From NCBI GenBank assembly GCA_965205205.1, contig CBDBFX010000002.1:2285824-2349823 (forward strand): a stretch of 64,000 nt of DNA. Reading direction: 5' to 3'. This document shows positions 51,449 through 59,600 of this stretch, piece after piece. The stretch's first letter is position 1. Each line of letters starts with the position of its first letter. The notes below the pieces were generated by a model that saw only the letters and a list, made by a program, of their open reading frames with translations, ran no database searches and had not been told where the DNA came from. A program made the translations under genes and the position numbers. The stretch comes from Arenicellales bacterium. Its GTDB lineage: Bacteria > Pseudomonadota > Gammaproteobacteria > Arenicellales > JAJDZL01.

Positions 51449-51479
51449 GGGCACCGACGTTTCACTGACCGATGATGAA

Positions 51480-52997
51480 ATGAACAGGCTCATACTGCCC
51501 ATCGGCTCCCCAGCCTTCCGCAACATCCGCGAGCGGGGCTGCTACTATGTGGACAAGACGCCCCACATCCACCGACTGACCGAGGGTGGCGAGTACTATT
51601 TCCTGTCGCGGCCGCGGCGCTTCGGGAAGACGCTGCTGGTGGACACGATGCAGGAGCTGTTCGAGGGCAGTGAGGAGCTGTTCCGCGGGCTTCACATCCA
51701 CGACCGATGGGACTGGTCGGTGCGCCATCCGGTGGTGCGGCTGAGCTTCGACTCCAACTATGGCGAATCGGATGGACTGGAAAGTGACATCAGCGAGCAG
51801 CTATCCGCCATAGAGGAAGATGCGGGTCTTGAATCTTCTCCGCCGACACGACCCGGTGCGGTGCGGCTGCGCCATGTCATCCGTCAGCTGCATCGCACCA
51901 CCGGTCGTCAGGTGGTGGTTCTGGTGGACGAATACGACAAGCCGATCCTGGATCTGCTTGAGCGGCCGAAACTGGCGAAGGCCAACCGCGATTATCTGCG
52001 CGGTCTGTACGGCGTCATCAAGGGCTGCGCCCGCCATGTCCGTTTCGTGTTCGTGACCGGCATCAGCATGTATTCGAAGGTGAGTCTGTTCTCGGGACTG
52101 AACAATCTGGACGACATCAGTCTGGATCCGGAGTATGCCACCATCTGTGGCTATACGGATGCGGATCTTGACACGGTGTTCGCCCCGGAGCTGTCGGGAC
52201 TGAAACGAAAGACCATAAGGAAATGGTACAATGGCTACAGCTGGCATGAACTCGGTGAGGAGAAGGTGTACAATCCCTTCGATGTGCTGCTGCTGTTCAA
52301 AAAAAGAAAGTTCAAGCCGCATTGGTACAGAACCGGCACGCCGGGCTTTCTGCACAAGCTGATGGCGGAAGGCGGGTTCAGCACGGTGGGACTGGAGCAG
52401 CTGGAGATGCACGAGGAGGAGCTGTCGACGTTCGAGGTGGAGGAGATGCGCCTCAATGCGCTGCTGTTCCAGTGCGGCTATCTGACCATCCGGAGCCGTG
52501 ACAGGCGCGGCAACAACACTTACTACCTGCTGGGTTATCCGAACCAGGAGGTTCGTCAGAGTCTGAACCGGGAGCTGCTGGGGACGGTGAGCGGAGATCT
52601 GAACGGTGCGCTAACGGCGGGCGACCAGCTGTCTCGGCTGCTCGCCGACAACGACTTCGAAGGCTTCGGCGTGGCGCTGCATTCGTTCTATGCCGGTCTT
52701 CCGCATCAGTGGTATGATGTCAGTGAGGTGGCCCGCTATGAGGCGTTCTACGCCAGTGTGCTGTATGCCAGTCTGAACGCCGTGCGGGTTGACATGCGGG
52801 CGGAGGAGTCGACGGCCAAGGGTCGAGCGGATCTGGTGGTGCTGCTGGCCGATCAGGTGTTCGTGCTGGAGATCAAGGTGGTGGCGGCCGGGGAGGCGAT
52901 ACACCTGATAGCGGTGGTGTTCACCGGTGAGGAGCGCAATCTGGAGGCGCTGCGGGTGGAAGAGTTGCGCGGTGGTGAGAAGAAGTTCGTCATATGA
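51480..52997 (+). CDS. P-loop ATPase + PD-(D/E)XK nuclease, paralog 10 (divergent C-terminal half, internal in-frame deletion)
   Basis: Same divergent C-terminal class as paralog 5. It lacks 26 codons (EVESKVVESLAQMREKGYANKYRGRG region) between CGGGGAG repeats (junction 52889-52895), plus 2 further codons. Confidence 0.75.
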   Translation: MNRLILPIGSPAFRNIRERGCYYVDKTPHIHRLTEGGEYYFLSRPRRFGKTLLVDTMQELFEGSEELFRGLHIHDRWDWSVRHPVVRLSFDSNYGESDGLESDISEQLSAIEEDAGLESSPPTRPGAVRLRHVIRQLHRTTGRQVVVLVDEYDKPILDLLERPKLAKANRDYLRGLYGVIKGCARHVRFVFVTGISMYSKVSLFSGLNNLDDISLDPEYATICGYTDADLDTVFAPELSGLKRKTIRKWYNGYSWHELGEEKVYNPFDVLLLFKKRKFKPHWYRTGTPGFLHKLMAEGGFSTVGLEQLEMHEEELSTFEVEEMRLNALLFQCGYLTIRSRDRRGNNTYYLLGYPNQEVRQSLNRELLGTVSGDLNGALTAGDQLSRLLADNDFEGFGVALHSFYAGLPHQWYDVSEVARYEAFYASVLYASLNAVRVDMRAEESTAKGRADLVVLLADQVFVLEIKVVAAGEAIHLIAVVFTGEERNLEALRVEELRGGEKKFVI

Positions 52998-53455
52998 CGG
53001 TCGGTGATCATTCGATGCGGGTGGAAGCGGCTGTCGCCGCCGGTTTCAGACTGGGTTCTGCCGCCTTCGACGCGGTACCGGGTGTTTGGATGGTCGTCTG
53101 ACATCCCGGTGCGATTGCCCCGGATCCGTCCTGATTTTTCGCCCGCATGCGGCGGTGATGGGCTGTCGGCGCTTTCCGGCTGAAGCTGCCGTTTTCGATC
53201 ATACCGGGTCTTCTGAACCGCCGGACTGCGGACCGCTTCGATTGTCTCATGCCGATCCCCGCGTCATGAGATCTGAAGGCCGTCCGATTTTCACGCCCAA
53301 AGCGCCGTCATGCTGGTTTTCAGGTCAACATTGAACGGACCGCAACCGTTGTCTGAAAGAATGAACCTGGGCGATGCGCGGGCCTGATGATGCGCTTCGA
53401 ATGACGGATCTGAGCTGTCAATCTCTCGTATTTTGAAACGTCCGCCGTCGATCCA

Positions 53456-53464
53456 TGCTACAAT
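53456..53464 (+). promoter_or_regulatory. Extended -10-like box TGCTACAAT upstream of paralog 11
   Basis: Same invariant motif. Confidence 0.5.
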
Positions 53465-53496
53465 GGGTACAGACGGTTCACCGATCAAATCCTAAA

Positions 53497-55098
53497 ATGA
53501 ACAAGCTCATACTGCCCATCGGGGATTCATCCTTTCGCAACCTCCGGGAAGATGGCTGTTATTATGTGGACAAGACGCCTCATATCCGGAATCTGGTTGA
53601 GGGGTCCAGATACTATTTCCTGTCGCGGCCGCGCCGGTTCGGGAAGACGCTGCTGGTGGACACGCTGCAGGAGCTGTTCGAGGGCGGCGAGGAGCTGTTC
53701 CGGGGGCTTCACATCCACGACCACTGGGACTGGACCGTCCGCCACCCGGTGGTGCGGCTGAGCTTCGGCTCCAACTATGGCGCCCCGGGCCGACTGGAAG
53801 ACAATGTCAGCAACCAGTTGACCACCATTGAAAAGTACTCGGGTCTCGAACCGGCTTCACCGACGCAGTACGGACCGGACCGACTGTACAATCTCATTCT
53901 CGCTCTCCATCATCAGAGTGGTCGTCAGGTGGTGGTGCTGGTGGACGAATACGACAAGCCGATCCTGGATCTGCTGGAGCGACCGAAACTGGCGAAGGCC
54001 AACCGCGATTACCTGCGCGGCCTGTACGGCGTCATCAAGGACTGTGCCCGATACGTACGTTTCGTCTTCGTGACCGGCGTCAGCATGTATTCGAAGGTGA
54101 GTCTGTTTTCGGGACTGAACAATCTCAGGGACATCAGTCTGAGTCCGAAGTACAACACCATCTGCGGCTATACGGATGCGGAAATCGATGCGGTGTTCGC
54201 ACCGGAGCTGGCGGGACTGGAGCGCGAAGACATCCGGAAGTGGTACAACGGCTACAGCTGGGACTGGCGCGGCAAGGAGAAGGTGTACAACCCTTTCGAC
54301 GTGCTGCTGCTGTTCGAAGAACGGGAGTTTAAACCTCATTGGTATAGAACCGGCACGCCGGGCTTTCTGCACAAGCTGATGGCGGAGAATCAGTTCAGCA
54401 CGGTGGGGCTGGAGCAGCTGGAGATGCACGAGGAGGCGCTGTCGACGTTCGAGGTGGAGAAGATCCGCCTCAATGCGCTGCTGTTCCAGTGTGGTTATCT
54501 GACCATCCGGGACCGTCAGGCTCGCAGTGACGGCGACTACTACCTGCTCGGCTATCCGAATCTGGAGGTGCGGCAGAGTCTGAACCGGGAGCTGCTGGAC
54601 ACGATGGTTGGGGATCTGGAGGAGTTGATGGGACGGAGTCGGAACATGTCGCGGTTGCTGGGCGAGAAGGATTTCGAGGGCTTTGCGGTGGCGGTGCATG
54701 CGTTTCTGGGCGGGGTGCCATATCATTGGCACACGGCCGGTGGGGGTCCGCGCCGTTATGAGGCGTATTACGCCAGTCTGCTGTATGTCGGCTTCGCGGC
54801 TGGGGGTCATGACGTGCGGGCGGAGGAGGCATCGGCGAAAGGCCGTTCGGATCTGGTGGTGGTGCTGGGGGGTCGGGTGTTCGTGCTGGAGTGCAAGATG
54901 GCGGGTGAGGGGGAAGAGGAGTCGAAGGCGGTGGCGGGGCTGGCGCAGATTCGGCGTCAGGGCTATGCGGACAGGTACGGCAATCTGGGGGAGGAGATTC
55001 ATCTGCTGTCGGTGGCGTTCAGTCGCAAGGAGCGCAATCTGACGGCGGTGCAGGTGGAGCGGATGCCCGTTGGTGAGAGACGGTTCGTCGAGAGCTGA
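53497..55098 (+). CDS. P-loop ATPase + PD-(D/E)XK nuclease, paralog 11
   Basis: Same motifs. It is the last unit and is followed by a final partial spacer ending ~55415. Confidence 0.85.
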   Translation: MNKLILPIGDSSFRNLREDGCYYVDKTPHIRNLVEGSRYYFLSRPRRFGKTLLVDTLQELFEGGEELFRGLHIHDHWDWTVRHPVVRLSFGSNYGAPGRLEDNVSNQLTTIEKYSGLEPASPTQYGPDRLYNLILALHHQSGRQVVVLVDEYDKPILDLLERPKLAKANRDYLRGLYGVIKDCARYVRFVFVTGVSMYSKVSLFSGLNNLRDISLSPKYNTICGYTDAEIDAVFAPELAGLEREDIRKWYNGYSWDWRGKEKVYNPFDVLLLFEEREFKPHWYRTGTPGFLHKLMAENQFSTVGLEQLEMHEEALSTFEVEKIRLNALLFQCGYLTIRDRQARSDGDYYLLGYPNLEVRQSLNRELLDTMVGDLEELMGRSRNMSRLLGEKDFEGFAVAVHAFLGGVPYHWHTAGGGPRRYEAYYASLLYVGFAAGGHDVRAEEASAKGRSDLVVVLGGRVFVLECKMAGEGEEESKAVAGLAQIRRQGYADRYGNLGEEIHLLSVAFSRKERNLTAVQVERMPVGERRFVES

Positions 55099-55563
55099 TC
55101 GGTGCTCATCCGGTGCGGCTGGAAACCACTGCCATAGCGAACTCTTGCCTGCCGACTGGGTCGCGGGCGCCGGGGTGTTCGGATAGCCGTCTGACGTCCG
55201 GGTGCCATTGACCCGGACACGTCCCGATTTTCCGCCCGCATGCGGCGGTGATGGGCTGTCGGCGCTTTCAGGCCGAAACTGCCGTTTTCATCATCCCGGA
55301 CTATCGGAGCAGCCGGACTGCGGACCGCTTCAATTCTCTCATGCCGGTCCCCGCGTGCTGAGATCCGGAGTCCGTCCGATTTTCACGCCAAAAGTTCCGT
55401 CATGCTGGTTTTCATGTTACATCGGATTGACCAAAACTGGCACAGTAAGCCGAAATAATTGTGTTTGGCACAATTGTAGATGGTCGCCTAGAGTTATCGT
55501 CTCTACATTTTCGGGGTCGTAACAGTATTTTCAATCTATACTCTGAGAAACTTTTTTAATGTC

Positions 55564-55963
55564 TTGCAGTCAAAAGGGAAGATAAGGGTACTGGACCCTG
55601 TAAAATGTCGGTTACTGAAAGCCGCGTTGCACAATTGCAAAATGGTCGCGTTGGACATTGATGTGACAATTATTGAGGTTGACAAGAAAGGTGCAGCCAC
55701 ACGCAACCTGAAGCACACCGGCTGTCGGCCGCCGAATGGAGACCTATTGTAAGTTCATTCGCCAGTGCATGGCATCACTGTTTGAGGGAGTGCCAGTATG
55801 GCATATCGAGGTATTACCGAAATTGTTTGCACATGAATTTGCCACCGCAGTAACAGATCTGCCGTATCAGCAGGTTTTGCCATCAGTTGTATGCAGTAGC
55901 CGGGCAGATTGTTCATTGTGTGCGTCAATGAATGCTGAAACTGAGTCCGGCCTGCAGGGGTGA
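55564..55963 (+). pseudogene. Possible IS1380-type DDE transposase relic
   Basis: The fragment VALDIDVTIIEVDKKGAATRNLKHTGCRPPNG resembles the first catalytic-D region (lDiDaT.ie..K..A..tYkG..GY.P) of IS1380-like transposases. The surrounding frames are broken. Assignment is from memory only. Confidence 0.3.
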
Positions 55964-56486
55964 GTTTCATCAGACGATCCGGTCAAACCCTACCAGCTTA
56001 CTCCGATAATCGGTCTGTAGTCGATGCCAATTCATCCAGTCAAGCAATTTCGTAAGTTCGAAAAGATGGTTCATGTCTTGAACAGGAAGCTAGCAACTGA
56101 CTATCATTCGAAAAGATCAGTGCTGAATGGTGCCAAAAGAAAATCGACCTGTAAACTTCAATGGGATGAAGCGATGACGATAGCCGGACGGCTGACAGGA
56201 ACAGGGAATCAAGTTGGTTTCAGGCATTCCTAATTTCCGATTGGGAAAAGGTTCATTACGCGATCACCAGCAAGATAAGAAAAATTAGTGGAAAAATTAG
56301 AAAAAATAATTGATAATCTGCCTCCAAATCGGATTGTAGATTAATTCGTAAACAGAAGGACCTGAATACAGTGCCCGTGTCAATCTCAACTTTATCGGCT
56401 GAGTGCCTGATGCCGCGTCTTGTCAATGTTGAGCCCACCGGTGCCAGTGAGCGGGTGAGATGGACTTTAATGAACGCCGAATGTGC

Positions 56487-56515
56487 TTGAAAAATTTGCT
56501 TAAAATGAGTAAGTT
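56487..56515 (+). promoter_or_regulatory. Candidate sigma70 promoter for the giant repeat-protein gene
   Basis: TTGAAA-N17-TAAGTT, ~140 nt upstream of ATG 56658. Purely a motif match. Confidence 0.3.
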
Positions 56516-56603
56516 TAGAAGGTTTATATCGTGGGCTTGCCGAATCGCTCGGCAATCCGTCAGTGCCACTTCAGCTCGCATTGCTGACTTCTTTTTTCGA
56601 TCG

Positions 56604-56612
56604 CCCCCCCCC
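56604..56612 (+). repeat. Homopolymeric C9 tract (preceded by T6) 46 nt upstream of the giant-protein start codon
   Basis: CTTTTTTCGATCGCCCCCCCCCTT. It lies in the 5' leader, or inside an in-frame upstream extension if an earlier ATG (56460, 56481 or 56505) is used. Confidence 0.9.
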
Positions 56613-56657
56613 TTATTCAGAAAGCTCATAAGAGCCGATGAGGTGAGGTTCCCTGAG

Positions 56658-59600
56658 ATGAACGTTATCCGCCGGAATGCGGTGTCGCTTGTTTCCATCC
56701 TGCCGTTCGCGTTGAGCAGTGCTCTGGCGCCATTGGAATCGTCAGCACAGGCGGCGTCGCAAACACCGGCAGCCGTTTCGTTAAGTATTGCGGACACATC
56801 GGTGGTTGAGAATGTTGGAACGCTCAATCTGACAGTGACGGCGACACCGGTGCCGTCTTCGGCCGTGAGCTTCAAGTACACGGTGACGGCGGAAAGCGGC
56901 GATACGGCTTCAGAGTCTGATTTTACAGCCGTGTCAACAGCAACGACAGCGACCATCGCGGCGAACCAGGCGACCACAACGATTGCGGTCACAGTGACCG
57001 ACGACAATCTGCTTGAAGGGGATGAGACATTCACGGTAACGCTGACGGAGCCTTCCACTGGCGTTACGCTCAAGAAGGCTACGGCAACCGTCACGATCAA
57101 GGACGATGAATCAGCCGAGGCGGTCGTGTCGGTAACGGAGCTGAAGTTGGTCGAGGGTGGAAGCGGCACCTATACCGTGAAGCTCAACAAAGAGCCTGCA
57201 GGGAACGTGGTTGTTACGGTCGGTGGTGCGTCGGGCGACGTAACGGTGACGGGACCACCGCTGACCTTTACGACGGGGAATTGGCACACGCCACAGACGG
57301 TCACTGTGAATGTGGCGGAGGACAGTGACCGGACGGCCGATCCCGATGTGACGCTCACACACACCGCGACGCAGGGTGCATCCGTTTCGGTGTCGGCCGC
57401 AACGGTGGTGGTGAGCGTGGCGGACAACGACAGGCCGGCGGCGCCGACCGGTTTTGGGACTTCGGCTCAGAACAGGCAGGTGGTGCTGTCGTGGAGTGAC
57501 CCGACGGACGATTCGATCACGGGCTACCAGCTGCGCCAGCGCCGGGGCAGCAGCACCTGGAGCGGTTGGAATGACATCGACGGTGCCGGCGCCGAGACTG
57601 TTGCCCATACGGTGAGGAAACTGGACAACGGCATTCGGTACAGTTTCCAGATACGCGCGATCAACGATGTGGGCATTGGGGGGGCGTCGAGTGCGGTCAG
57701 TACGACACCGAGAGTCAGGGCGGTGGCGACGCCGAGTTTGGTTTCGGTTACCTCCGACAGCGATGGGGTCCTGACCGTCAAGTGGACGCATGCGGGCATC
57801 GGTGCTGAGGAAACCGTCAGTGGTACGAATGCCTTCCAGTATTGGCAGCTGGGTTATCGCCTGAAGGGATCCGGCAGTGCCGGTTGGCGGGAGACGCTGG
57901 CCTCGTTGCGAAATGATGGGCTGGCGCGGCGGCAGCTGATCCAATCGATGACGGCCTATCCGAACGGAACTAGTCTTGAGGTACGGATTCGGGCGGTGGC
58001 CTCACACTCCGGCTCCGGCGAGGCGAGGTATGGTTATGGCGCCTGGTCGAATGTGCTCACGGTCAAGCTGCAGAATTCAGCGCTGGCGGCGCTGGCTCTG
58101 AGTGAGAAAAAAGTGGTGCTGGCACCGGCGGTGACCGCCACTTACACGGTCGCGCTGAAGCAGCCGTGGGCTGGCCGCGTGACCGTCTCAAGTTCGGATT
58201 CATCGAAGGCGACGGCAACGCCGGCTACTTTGGATTTCACGGCGAGCAATTACAGCGTGGGGCAGACGGTGACGGTGACGGGGGTGGCCGCGGGCGAGGC
58301 GGCGATCAATCATGCGTTTCGTCTGGAGAATGCCAGTGTCGATCTGATTGCTGAGGCGGCAACGGTTGCGGTAACCGTACCCGACATTCCGGGCCGGCCA
58401 GCGGGTTTCATGGTTGCAGCGAGGAGCACCAACGGACAGGTGTCCCTGTCGTGGACCGATCCCAGCAATGCCAGTATCACCGGCTGGCAATACCGACAGA
58501 AATCGGGTGGGGGTGAAAACTGGGGCGTCTGGACCGCTATCGCCGGTTCGAACGCCGGTACCACGAGGCACATTCTGACGGGACTCGCCACTGGAGTCGA
58601 GTATGCATTCCAGGTGCGGGCGGTGACGGCCAGTGCGGAAGGCGCACCGACGGTTGCAAAGAGGGTTACGCTCGCATGGAATGGTACGCCGACGGTGCCG
58701 ACTGGGTTCACGGCAATCGCCGGGGACCGCCAGGTCACGCTGACGTGGGATGCGCAGCCCGGGCAGGACATTACCCAATGGCATTACTACTATAAACCAG
58801 CTGGCGGTGAATATGCCAGCGAACCCACCATCATCGCCGCCGGTACCGCGACGAGTGTTACCATCCCGGGTCTGACCAATGGTACGGCGTATACATTTGT
58901 ACTGCGGGCGGTCAATGGTCCAGACAACGACGGATTCAGTATCTTTACCTCTGGAGTGACGGCGACACCGACCCAGCGGAGCTTGAGGCTGTCGGTGGAT
59001 GCGGCCCGGGTGAAGGAAGGTGATTCCGGCCGTACGGACGTTACGGTAACACTGCATCTGAACGAGACGGCACCGGCCGGCGGTCTGTCCGTTGCGCTGG
59101 CATTTGCCTCTGATTCAACAGCCACGGCGAGCACGGTACGACCGGCGAGCGTTTCGTGTGTCGCGCCGAAACCAAACGATGCGGACGTGTGCTGGGGTGG
59201 GGCGATACGGCAGCTGGTGGCGGCGAAAGGGACCACGGCCACTTTCACGGTTGGCATCATCGGTGATGAGCGGCAGGAGGGCGATGAGACCGTGGTGCTG
59301 ACGGCGAGTGCGCGGCAGAGTGACTGGCAGCCGGGTCGGCTGGCCCTGACCATTGGTGATGACGATGCCGCACCGGTACTGGCGACCCTGACCGACCAGA
59401 CGGTCAAGGTCGGTGAGGTGGTGAAAGTTACGGCGGCGGCGACGGATGCGGACAACGATTCGCTCAGCTACGCCTGGACCCGGCGCGCGGGCGAGACTCG
59501 CCCGGCGCTCCCAGCCGGTACCGCACTCGATCAGGCGCAGCTGACCTTTACCGCCACCGAGCCTGGCATTTACACGATGACGGTTACGGCCACGGACGGT

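Larger units (their letters stand above)
30225..55415 (+). repeat. Tandem array of 11 gene-plus-spacer units (period ~2.02-2.10 kb), interrupted once by an IS
   Basis: MN(K/R)L start-to-start distances are 2027, 2083, (4450 including the IS), 2083, 2101, 2098, 2090, 2091, 2096 and 2017 bp. Spacer homology begins ~30225 and ends ~55415. Confidence 0.95.

Noticed and set aside
30225-55415. Considered whether the regular periodicity could be a CRISPR array or a diversity-generating retroelement target/template system.
   Set aside because: Repeat units are ~2.1 kb protein-coding genes, not 25-40-bp repeats with spacers. No cas genes, no reverse transcriptase, and no adenine-specific template/variable repeat pair are present in the window.
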